A stretch of DNA of 64,000 nt, taken from positions 96,001 to 160,000 of the forward strand of contig JBDTZG010000002.1 in NCBI GenBank assembly GCA_040005235.1. The letters run 5' to 3'. This DNA comes from Acidobacteriota bacterium (GTDB taxonomy: Bacteria; Acidobacteriota; Thermoanaerobaculia; Multivoradales; UBA5704). A model generated the notes under the pieces. That model ran no database searches. It was not told the DNA's origin and saw only the letters and a program-made list of their open reading frames with translations. The position numbers were made by a program, and so were the translations under genes. The number at the start of each line of letters is the position of its first letter. Within the stretch, counting starts at the first letter, position 1. Shown one piece after another: positions 40,794-49,418 of the stretch.

Positions 40794-42345
40794 GGCGGCT
40801 CTGGTCCTCCTCGGTCTGCTTGCCGCGGCTCCGCTCGCCGCGCGGGAGGGGATCGTCGTCGGCTCGAAGAACTTCGAAGAGAGCCGCCTTCTCGGTGAAG
40901 TATTCGCCCAGCTGATCGAGGCGCGGACGGGGCTCCCCGTCGAGCGGCGGTTGGGGCTCGCCGGCACCCAGATCTGCTTCGAAGCGTTGCGGTCGGGGGC
41001 GATCGACGTCTATCCGGAGTACACCGGCACCGGCCTGGTCTCGATCCTCGGCGAAGCCTCGACCGGTTCGAACGGGGGGCGGGCGGCGGCTCTCGTTCGG
41101 GTGCGCCAAGAGTTTCTGCGGCGCTTCGATCTCTGGTGGCTCGCGCCGCTCGGCTTTGAGAACTCGTTCGAGATCGCCGTGCCGCGCGAGCTCGCCGAGC
41201 GCGAGCACCTGCGGACCCTGTCGGATCTCGCGCGGATCGCGCCGCGCCTTCACGTCGGGTTCGGTCAGGAATTCGTCGGCCGGGTGGATGGGCTTCCGGG
41301 GCTTGAAAAGACCTACGGCCTGCACTTTGGAGCGGTCCGGTCGCTCGAACATGGGATCAAATACCAGGCCGCGGGGGCGCGCGAAATCGACGCGCTCGAC
41401 GTCTACACGACCGACGCCCGGCTGATCGAGCACCGCCTGGTCGTGCTCGACGACGATCGAAACTTCTTTCCGCCCTACGAGGCGGTGGCGCTGGTTCGCG
41501 GCGCGACCTTAAGAAAACATCCGGAGGTCGGATCGGCGCTCGGCCTGCTCGCCGGGGCGTTCGACGAGGAGCGCATGCGGGCGCTCAATTTCCGGTTGGA
41601 GCATGGCGAAAGCGAAGAGATCGTCGCGCGGGACGTGTTGGCGAATCTCGGGCTCGTAGAACCCAAAGCCGGCGCGAAGCCCGAGCCTCAGGCGGAAGGG
41701 AAAGCCCCCGAGCGCGCGGGGTTCTTCGCCTATCTCTGGCAGGAGCGCCGGGCGCTGCTGCGGCGGACGCTCGAACATCTCGGCCTTTCCGGGCTGGCGC
41801 TGCTGCTCGGCGTTTTGGTCGCCGTGCCGTTCGGACTGCTGCTCGAACGCCGCCGCCGCTTCGCGGAACCGGCGATCCGGCTGCTTGGGATCACTCAGAC
41901 CGTGCCGTCGCTCGCTCTGCTGGCGTTCATGCTGCCGCTGCTCGGCATCGGCGCCCGGCCGGCGATCGTGGCGCTCTGGATCTACGCGCTTTTCCCGATC
42001 GTCCGCAATACCTATTCCGGAGTGCGCGACGCCGACCCGAAAGCGGTCGAAGCGGCCCTCGCTCTCGGCATGACCGAGGGGCAGGTGCTGCGCCAGGTGC
42101 GGCTGCCGCTCGCCCTGCCAATCGTCCTCGCGGGAATCCGCACCGCGGCGGTGCTCACGGTGGGAACCGCGACGCTCGCCGCCTTCGTCGGCGCCGGGGG
42201 GCTGGGCGAGCCGATCGTCACCGGCCTTCAGCTCGCCGACAACCGCCGCATCCTTTCCGGAGCGCTCCCCGCCGCCCTCCTCGCCATCGCGGTCGACGCC
42301 CTCCTCGGTGCGCTCGAACGGGCGCTTCGGCCGCGGGGTTTGTGA
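40786..42345 (+). CDS. Fused osmoprotectant-binding protein and permease (OpuAC-like plus TM)
   Basis: VGSKNFEE, YPEYTGT, FPPYEA, then EAA loop and GAGGLG. Confidence 0.9.
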   Translation: MSRAALVLLGLLAAAPLAAREGIVVGSKNFEESRLLGEVFAQLIEARTGLPVERRLGLAGTQICFEALRSGAIDVYPEYTGTGLVSILGEASTGSNGGRAAALVRVRQEFLRRFDLWWLAPLGFENSFEIAVPRELAEREHLRTLSDLARIAPRLHVGFGQEFVGRVDGLPGLEKTYGLHFGAVRSLEHGIKYQAAGAREIDALDVYTTDARLIEHRLVVLDDDRNFFPPYEAVALVRGATLRKHPEVGSALGLLAGAFDEERMRALNFRLEHGESEEIVARDVLANLGLVEPKAGAKPEPQAEGKAPERAGFFAYLWQERRALLRRTLEHLGLSGLALLLGVLVAVPFGLLLERRRRFAEPAIRLLGITQTVPSLALLAFMLPLLGIGARPAIVALWIYALFPIVRNTYSGVRDADPKAVEAALALGMTEGQVLRQVRLPLALPIVLAGIRTAAVLTVGTATLAAFVGAGGLGEPIVTGLQLADNRRILSGALPAALLAIAVDALLGALERALRPRGL

Positions 42346-42372
42346 GGGCGAGAGGGCGGGTCCGGCCGGTCG

Positions 42373-43278
42373 TTAAATCTCTACGGGCCGCCAGCGTCCG
42401 ATCCGATCCCTCAAGCGCTTGAAGCCGAGCCGCTCGAACAGCGGATCGACCAGGGCGGGATCGGCGCCATGGAACGCGAGATGGCGGTCGAAATCGAACG
42501 GTTCGGCGAGCGGCGCGTTGGTGGCGACCTTGGCCAGGGTTTTCGACAGGAACGCGAGGTCGCGGCCTGCTTCGAGCTTCGCGGCGAGCGTTCGGGCGCC
42601 GCGCAGGTCCGTGCGCAGGGCCAGCTCGTCGAGCTTGGCGTACAGGCCCTCGACGTGCGGGTAGCGCAGCAGCAGCTCCGCCGCGCCTTTCTTCCCGATG
42701 CCCGGCACGCCGGGGATGTTGTCCACCGCATCGCCCGCGAGCGCCAATAGGTCGACGATCTGCCCGGGCGGCACGCCGAATTTCGCTTGCACCTCTGCGG
42801 GGCCGAAGCGCTCGCCTTTGCCGAAGTCGTAGAACGAGACGTCGGGACCCACCAGCTGGGCGAGATCCTTGTCCGAGCTGACGACCACCACCCGGCATCC
42901 ATCGCTCGGCTTGCAGCGAGCAAGCAGCGTAGCGATCAGGTCGTCCGCCTCGTAGCGGTCGTCGATGAACGTCGCGCCGCCGAGCGCGCGGGCCGCCTCC
43001 TCGCAGGCGAGGAGCTGGCTTTCGAGCTCCGGCGGCGGCAGCGGACGCTGCGCCTTATAGGGCGGATAGATCTCGTTGCGAAAGCTGGTCGACAAACTGC
43101 GATCGAAGCAGACCGCGAGGTGGCTCGGCTTCTCGTCGGCGATCAGCTTGAGCAGGAACGAGATGAAACCGTGGACCGCCTGCGCCGGTTTTCCGTCGCG
43201 GTCGCGAATCGAGTCGGGAAGCGAGAAATACGCACGGAAGATGTAGGGCGAGGCGTCGATCAGATAGGTTGCGGACAT
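42373..43278 (-). CDS. Stand-alone 5'-3' exonuclease / flap endonuclease
   Basis: LIDAS..FRAY, YKAQR, EADD, DKDL.Q, GDAVDNIPGVPGIGKK. Confidence 0.92.
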   Translation of the reverse strand: MSATYLIDASPYIFRAYFSLPDSIRDRDGKPAQAVHGFISFLLKLIADEKPSHLAVCFDRSLSTSFRNEIYPPYKAQRPLPPPELESQLLACEEAARALGGATFIDDRYEADDLIATLLARCKPSDGCRVVVVSSDKDLAQLVGPDVSFYDFGKGERFGPAEVQAKFGVPPGQIVDLLALAGDAVDNIPGVPGIGKKGAAELLLRYPHVEGLYAKLDELALRTDLRGARTLAAKLEAGRDLAFLSKTLAKVATNAPLAEPFDFDRHLAFHGADPALVDPLFERLGFKRLRDRIGRWRPVEI

Positions 43279-43418
43279 GGCAGTTCCGAAAAGGGCGGCA
43301 AGTCTAGTCGGTTTCGCCCGGATCGGGGTCCACGGTGTCAGAATTGGCGCACCGAAGTCGAAAGCCGATTCGTGCGGCCGTTCGAGCGCGACGGCGTTCG
43401 GTCGAAGTGGAGCCCGAG

Positions 43419-45890
43419 ATGAGCGAGGCGAGTGCGCCCGTTGGATTCGGCGCTGATCGAAGGACCGAAAGGGGGACCGGAACGGCCCCTCGGGGAGCGC
43501 TCTGCCCGGGCGACCGCCTCGCCGGGCGTTTTCAGGTGATCGGTCTGCTCGGCACGGGGGCCACCGGCGAGGTCTACGAGGCGGAGGATGCGGAGCTGGG
43601 CGAGCGGGTGGCGCTCAAGCTCCTGCGGCCCGATCTCGCCGCCGACGAGGGGCTGCTGCTCCGATTCAAGCGCGAAATCCATCTGGCGCGGCAGGTGACC
43701 CACCCGAACGTCTGCCGGCTCTACGACCTGGTGCTCGCCGAGCCGCCTCGCGGCCGCCGGGAGGGAGATCCCGCGAAGCTCGTGCTGGTTTCGATGGAGC
43801 GTCTGGCGGGGGAGACGCTCGCCGAGCGGCTGGAACGCACCGGGCCGATGGCGTCGGCGGAAGCCTTGGAGATCGTGCGCCAGACCGCCGCGGGGCTGGA
43901 CGCCGCACACCGGGCGCACGTGGTGCATCGCGACTTCAAATCGGCCAACGTGATGCTGGTGACGGAAGCGGGGAACCTCCGCGCCGTGGTCACCGATTTC
44001 GGCCTCGCCCGGGCGGACCCGGCCGGCGAGCCCGGCGGTTCCGGCGATCCCCGGGGGGGTGCCGAGGCGACCACCCTCACCCAGATGGGCAGCATCCTCG
44101 GCTCGCCGGCCTACATGGCACCCGAGCAGGTGCGGGGCGAGGTGGCGACCGCGGCGTCCGACCTCTATGCCTTCGGCGTCGTGCTCTACGAAATGACGAC
44201 CGGCCACCTGCCGTTCGAAGGAGGCGGCGCGTTTCAGACGGCGCTCCGCCGACTGCACGAAGAGCCGAAGCCTCCCTCTGCCTGGCGCCCGGATCTCGAT
44301 CCGCGCTGGGAGCGGGCGATCCTCGCCTGCATCGCCCGGGAGCCCGGCGACCGGCCGGTGAGCGCCGCGGCGGTCGTCCGCTCGCTCGAAGGGGAAGAAC
44401 GCCTCCCGGATCGAAGCCGAACCGGGGCTTTGAGGCGCGTCCCGCGGCGCTTCGGCGGGCGGCGCGCCGGACTCTTTGGGGCGCTGGGAGTCTTAGGGTT
44501 GGGGGTCGTCGTCGGCTGGCTCGCCCTGCGCTCCTCTCCTTCGGTGAAGGCGGCCTCGGCCGCCCCGCTATTGGCCGAGGGGATCGCCGACCTCAAGCGC
44601 CTCGACGCGCCGGCCGCGCGTCGGGTCTTGGAACGCGCCGAGCAGATCGATCCGCAAAACCCGCGCATCCCTTGGGCTCTCGCCTCGGCGCATTGGCTGC
44701 TTGGGCACGAGCGCGAGGCGCGCGAGGCGGCGCGCCGGGCGTTCGAGATGTCGTCCGATCTGGCCGATCCCGATCGCTGGGAGATCGAGGCGCGCTATCG
44801 GGGTCTCAACCAAGAAGAGGGGGTCGAGATCGCGCTTTGCCAACGGCTCTACCGGGCCTTTCCCGGCAACCTCGAATACGGGCTCGGCCTGGCCAACGCC
44901 CAGGTCGCCGGGGAGCAGACGGAAGGGGCCGTTGGCACCTTGACGAGCCTCCGCCGGCTGCCGGCCCCGGCGGGTGACGACCCGAGGATCGAAATCCTCG
45001 CAGCCAAGGCGGCGAGCGCCACCGGAGATCTGGAGGGCCAGCTCGCCGCGGCGACCCTGGCCGCGAAGCGCGGGCAGGCGAAGGGCGGCGCCCCGTTGCT
45101 CGTGGCGCGCGCCCGGTTCTTCGAGGCGAATGCGCTACGCATGCTTGGCCGGCTCGGCCCGGCGCTCGCCGCCGCCGAAGCCTCGCGAGCCGAATACGCC
45201 GCGGGTGCCAATCCGGCCGGCGAGGCCCTTGCCTGGAAGGAGATCGGCGCGTTGCGCACGACGGGCGGCGACCTGCCCGGCGCGCTTGCGGCGTTCGATC
45301 GGACGGTGGATCTCGCGAGCAAGGCCGGCTGGCAGGCGGGCGTCTCCTATGGTTTGAACGGTCGCGGGATCCTGCTGCGGAGACAAGGCCGGTTCGCCGA
45401 GGCGGTCGAGACGTTCGAGCAGCTTCTGGAGCTGCAGCACGAGACGTTCGACGTGCGCGGCGAGGCGGCGTCGCTCAACAACCAGGCGACGTCCCTTCTG
45501 GAGCTCGGCCGCCTGGACGAGGCGGAAACCGTGCTCGACCGCGCGCATCGACTCTTCCTGCAGCTGGGGGATCGAAGCGGGGAGGCGACCGTGATCCTCG
45601 GCCGTTGCGGCCTCCTCGACCGACGGGACCGCCTCGTGGCAGCGGGCCAGGCCTGCGGCTCGGCACGCAAGCTTTTCGCGGAGATCGGCGACGAAGGGGG
45701 GATGATTGAAGCCGATCTCGCGCTTGCGCGCCTCGACCGTCGGGCCGGGCGGTTCGCTGCCGCGCGGGCAGGGCTCGCCGACGGGGCGCGCCGCGCGAAG
45801 GCTCTGGGCGATGCGGACCTACAACAGATCGGCCGGCGGGAGCTTGCCGAGCTGGCGCGCGACCAGCTCAAGCGCGGGCGCCGCCCTTGA
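43419..45890 (+). CDS. Hanks-type Ser/Thr kinase with TM helix and C-terminal TPRs
   Basis: GTGATGEV, VALK, HRDFKSAN, DFGLA, YMAPEQ; TM GLFGALGVLGLGVVVGWLAL. Confidence 0.92.
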   Translation: MSEASAPVGFGADRRTERGTGTAPRGALCPGDRLAGRFQVIGLLGTGATGEVYEAEDAELGERVALKLLRPDLAADEGLLLRFKREIHLARQVTHPNVCRLYDLVLAEPPRGRREGDPAKLVLVSMERLAGETLAERLERTGPMASAEALEIVRQTAAGLDAAHRAHVVHRDFKSANVMLVTEAGNLRAVVTDFGLARADPAGEPGGSGDPRGGAEATTLTQMGSILGSPAYMAPEQVRGEVATAASDLYAFGVVLYEMTTGHLPFEGGGAFQTALRRLHEEPKPPSAWRPDLDPRWERAILACIAREPGDRPVSAAAVVRSLEGEERLPDRSRTGALRRVPRRFGGRRAGLFGALGVLGLGVVVGWLALRSSPSVKAASAAPLLAEGIADLKRLDAPAARRVLERAEQIDPQNPRIPWALASAHWLLGHEREAREAARRAFEMSSDLADPDRWEIEARYRGLNQEEGVEIALCQRLYRAFPGNLEYGLGLANAQVAGEQTEGAVGTLTSLRRLPAPAGDDPRIEILAAKAASATGDLEGQLAAATLAAKRGQAKGGAPLLVARARFFEANALRMLGRLGPALAAAEASRAEYAAGANPAGEALAWKEIGALRTTGGDLPGALAAFDRTVDLASKAGWQAGVSYGLNGRGILLRRQGRFAEAVETFEQLLELQHETFDVRGEAASLNNQATSLLELGRLDEAETVLDRAHRLFLQLGDRSGEATVILGRCGLLDRRDRLVAAGQACGSARKLFAEIGDEGGMIEADLALARLDRRAGRFAAARAGLADGARRAKALGDADLQQIGRRELAELARDQLKRGRRP

Positions 45891-47379
45891 AACCCCCCGG
45901 CTCGATGCCGTAGCGGGCCATCTTGGCGTAGAAATTCTTATAGTCGAGCCCCGAGGCTCGCGCCGCTTCGCTGATGTTGCCTTTCGCGGTCGTGAGCGAA
46001 GTTTCGATCCAAGCCCTTTCGAACCGCTCGATCACCCGCTGTTTCGCGGCGCGGAAGCTCGATCCGGCCTCTCCGCCGGAGTCGCTCTGCGCGGCGGCGC
46101 GCATCGCCTCCGGCAGATCCTCGACGCCGATCTCCTGACTACGGGAGATCAGCACCGCCCGTTCGATCGCGTTGTGCAGCTCGCGGATGTTGCCCGGGTA
46201 GCCATGGGCGAGGAGCAGCCGCTCGGCGCGCGGCGAGAAGCGGCGATCCCGGCCGTGCTTCTCGTTCGAGCGGTCGAGGAAGGTGCGGGCGAGCAGCGGC
46301 AGATCCGCCGGCCGTTCGCGTAGCGGCGGCATCTCGATCTCGACCACGTTCAGCCGATAGAGAAGATCCTCGCGGAACTTGCCTTCGCGCACCAGGGCAC
46401 CGAGATCGCGGTGGGTCGCCGCCACCACCCGCGCGTCGGTTCGCTTTACGGTGGTCGAGCCGACCCGCGCCAGCTCGCGATTTTCGAGCACCCGGAGGAG
46501 TTTCACCTGAAGGCTCGGGGGCATCTCGCCCGCCTCGTCGAGCAGGATCGTGCCGCCTTGCGCGCGCTCGAACCAGCCGGCACGATCCGCGACCGCACCG
46601 GTAAACGCACCGCGCACGTGGCCGAACAGCTCGGAATCGAGCAGCGCCTCGGGCAGCGCGCCGCAATTGATCGCGACGAACGGCCGTTCGCGCCGCCGGC
46701 TGCCGAAATGAAGCGCGCGGGCGATCAGCTCTTTGCCCGTGCCGCTCTCGCCTTCGATCAACACCGGCACGTCCGAGTCGGCCACCTGCGCCACCCGTTC
46801 GAGCACCGCGAGCAACTTCGGATCGTGGCCGAGGATCGCGTCGAACCGCTGCTCGGCGCGCAGCTTCCTTCCCAGCTCTTCGATGCCCGCGGCGAGTCGG
46901 CGGCGCTCGATCGCGTTGGCCGCCGCGAGCGAAATCAAATCGGCGAAGCTCTCGACCAGCCTCGCGGTCTCCGGGGTGAACACGCCGGTCGCCTTCCGGT
47001 TGTCGAGATAGATCAGCCCCAGCCGCTCGTCCTGCCGGCGGATCGGCAGGCAGATGACCGAGAGAATGCGGAGCCGCAGGACGCTCTGCCGCTCGCCGAC
47101 GCTCGGATCCTCAAGCACGTTCGGGCTCCAGAAGCCGACGCCCTCGGCGCGCACCTTGTCGAGCACGGTGCGCGAGACCTCGAACTCCGGCCGCTCGATG
47201 TCCTGCCGGTCCAGATGGCGCGCCGCTTCGAAGCGCGGGCCGCCTTCCTCTTCGAGCACGATCATGCCGCGCTCGGCGCCGCACAGCTCGATCAACCCGT
47301 CGAGCGCGCGAGAGAGCACCGAATCCAGGTCCCGCTCGGCGAGCACCAGCTTGCCGATTTCGAGCAGCCGTTCGAGCAT
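45868..47379 (-). CDS. GAF-domain sigma-54 enhancer-binding protein
   Basis: [25 protein letters not shown]-terminal Fis-type HTH. Confidence 0.95.
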   Translation of the reverse strand: MLERLLEIGKLVLAERDLDSVLSRALDGLIELCGAERGMIVLEEEGGPRFEAARHLDRQDIERPEFEVSRTVLDKVRAEGVGFWSPNVLEDPSVGERQSVLRLRILSVICLPIRRQDERLGLIYLDNRKATGVFTPETARLVESFADLISLAAANAIERRRLAAGIEELGRKLRAEQRFDAILGHDPKLLAVLERVAQVADSDVPVLIEGESGTGKELIARALHFGSRRRERPFVAINCGALPEALLDSELFGHVRGAFTGAVADRAGWFERAQGGTILLDEAGEMPPSLQVKLLRVLENRELARVGSTTVKRTDARVVAATHRDLGALVREGKFREDLLYRLNVVEIEMPPLRERPADLPLLARTFLDRSNEKHGRDRRFSPRAERLLLAHGYPGNIRELHNAIERAVLISRSQEIGVEDLPEAMRAAAQSDSGGEAGSSFRAAKQRVIERFERAWIETSLTTAKGNISEAARASGLDYKNFYAKMARYGIEPGGFKGGARA

Positions 47380-47420
47380 TTTCGGTTCATCCTCAGGATC
47401 GCTTCAGGATACCTCGGAAC

Positions 47421-47460
47421 TTAGGGTGAAAACACCCGAACTATGGCGATTCCACCCTAA
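47421..47460. promoter_or_regulatory. Inverted repeat, candidate enhancer (UAS)
   Basis: TTAGGGTG...CACCCTAA about 90-125 bp upstream of the sigma-54 motif. Confidence 0.5.
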
Positions 47461-47545
47461 AGAGACGCTTCGGTTCGATCGTAGGTGCACCGCGCAAACC
47501 TCTGATTGCAATGCATGAAGCTCCTGGCGCCGCAGGGCGGTCGCC

Positions 47546-47563
47546 CTGGCCTCGGCCTTGCGA
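47546..47563 (+). promoter_or_regulatory. Sigma-54 -24/-12 promoter
   Basis: CTGGCCTCGGCCTTGCGA with GG-N10-GC spacing, divergent from the activator gene. Confidence 0.7.
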
Positions 47564-47663
47564 TCTCTCTCTGGCAGAACCGGCGGAACATCTGGAGCGC
47601 GACCGAGATCCTCTCAGCCGCGACTCCCGAGATGCTCCGCCTCGACCGGAAAAGGAACTTGCC

Positions 47664-48395
47664 ATGAAGCGCTCTCGCCTTCTCGTCCCCGCACTCCTCC
47701 TCGCCGTTTTTGCGAGCGGCGCCACCGCGTTTGCCCAGTGCCCCAATCCCGGCGGTTTCTACGTCATCGATTTGAAGACCTGCGCGGTCGGTCAGACCGG
47801 CGGCTTTACCGGCGTGACGTTTCAGCCCGGCGGCGCCTGCGCCGCGGTGGCGGTTCCGGCCAGTTGCCCCGCTTCTCCCGGATGGAAATCGGCGGCGCTT
47901 AAGATCGCCCTCCCTACCGGCTGCACCCAGGCGAACGTGACGATTGAATACGAAGGGACCCCCTGCGGCTGGACCGCCGATCTGGGCGACTCTTCGACGA
48001 ACGACGGTTTCGGCGGGGGTGCCGGGGGCTCGACGCTGTCGTGCGCCGAGGCGCAGATTCTGAGCAATCCGCCGGCGGCCGGCGTCGCCAATCCCCTGGC
48101 GACTTTGGGCGTCTACACGAGCTGCCAGGCCGCCGTGGTCGACAACCTGGCCAGCGCGAGCCTGGCGCTCACTAACGGCGCGATCAAATTCACGGTCAAG
48201 AATCAGTTCCTGAGCTGGGGCCAGCCGGCCACCCTCCTCCAGACGCCGAACACCAAGCGGCTGTTCCAGCTCCCCGACACGCTCGGACCCGGGGCGGACG
48301 GCTCAACCCTCTACCTCGGCCTGAACCGCGTGATCTCCGGGCCGGCCGGCCGCGTTGGCTACGGCGCTCGGCGGGCGATCATCAGCTTCCAGTAA
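47664..48395 (+). CDS. Secreted Cys/Gly-rich hypothetical protein
   Basis: AAAGGA RBS; signal peptide ending AFA; 8 Cys. Confidence 0.8.
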   Translation: MKRSRLLVPALLLAVFASGATAFAQCPNPGGFYVIDLKTCAVGQTGGFTGVTFQPGGACAAVAVPASCPASPGWKSAALKIALPTGCTQANVTIEYEGTPCGWTADLGDSSTNDGFGGGAGGSTLSCAEAQILSNPPAAGVANPLATLGVYTSCQAAVVDNLASASLALTNGAIKFTVKNQFLSWGQPATLLQTPNTKRLFQLPDTLGPGADGSTLYLGLNRVISGPAGRVGYGARRAIISFQ

Positions 48396-48437
48396 AAGTT
48401 GTTCCAGTGCGCCGCTTCGTGCGGCGATCTGGAGACC

Positions 48438-48480
48438 CGGCGGGCCCGTCACCTCCGAGGTGGCCCGCCGGGCCTTTTTT
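48438..48480 (+). terminator. Intrinsic terminator
   Basis: CGGCGGGCC...GGCCCGCCG stem followed by a T-tract. Confidence 0.65.
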
Positions 48481-48537
48481 CGGTCCGTTGTGTCAATTGC
48501 GCCAAACTCATGTCTATGAGATTTGAAAGGAGATACC

Positions 48538-49407
48538 GTGAGACTCAAAGTTTTCGTGTTCGTCCTTTTCATCGGCTGCATCTCGGCATCGGCCCAGCGC
48601 TTTCCAGGAGGACAGCCTGGTTCAGTTCCGGCGAATCGCAGGTATCCTCATGTTTGCTTCAATTCACTCGAATGCGCCGCGCCCCCGGTGGGACTCGCCG
48701 TGTGGTACCGCTTTGAGTCCAATAACAATAACGATGACGATAACGCTCGGAATTATCGGCCATCCATCGGATACGGCGTTGGGGCTCTCAGGCACGGCCC
48801 GGGAGTCGTTGGCCAGGGGATTGAACTCAACGGTGTCGGCTCATACGTCTATGTTTTCGGAACGCCGGCTTTTCCACCCCCTTCGTTTGGAGACCCGCTA
48901 TGGTTACCGGAGATTGGCTTCTTCGACGAAGAATTTAGCGTGGCGGTTTGGTTCAAGACCTCGAACAAGGACTTTCAGGTCGCTCCGATTTTGGAACAGA
49001 GATCCGAGTCGCCGGCGGGATATTTACTCGTTCTCAACGGAGGTCGGCCTGCATTTCAGTTGGCCGCGCCTGTTCGGTTTCCCGGGGATTTGGGGCACTC
49101 GAGCTGGATCACCACCACTCCCGACCTGCGGGACGGCGAGTGGCACCATGTCGTGGTGTCCGTCGACCGAACCTCATCCACGGGTGGGCTGTTTTATGTT
49201 GACGGCGCTCTTGCTCTGACTTTCGATCCAACACCGTACGAGGGTAGGCACCTGGAGAACTTTGCGCCGCTTTTGATTGGGCGCCACATGGATGGAAGCC
49301 TGTGGAAAGGCTCGATCGACGAAGTCATGATCATCCAAAAAGCGCTCGACGCCGCGGAAGTTCAACGTCTCTGGAACGTTCGGAATCAGCCTCTCTGCCC
49401 CTGCTGA
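48538..49407 (+). CDS. Secreted LamG/concanavalin-like domain protein
   Basis: FSVAVWFK, DGEWHHVVV, FYVDG, GSIDEV; lower GC. Confidence 0.8.
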   Translation: MRLKVFVFVLFIGCISASAQRFPGGQPGSVPANRRYPHVCFNSLECAAPPVGLAVWYRFESNNNNDDDNARNYRPSIGYGVGALRHGPGVVGQGIELNGVGSYVYVFGTPAFPPPSFGDPLWLPEIGFFDEEFSVAVWFKTSNKDFQVAPILEQRSESPAGYLLVLNGGRPAFQLAAPVRFPGDLGHSSWITTTPDLRDGEWHHVVVSVDRTSSTGGLFYVDGALALTFDPTPYEGRHLENFAPLLIGRHMDGSLWKGSIDEVMIIQKALDAAEVQRLWNVRNQPLCPC

Positions 49408-49418
49408 CCGGAGCTTTT

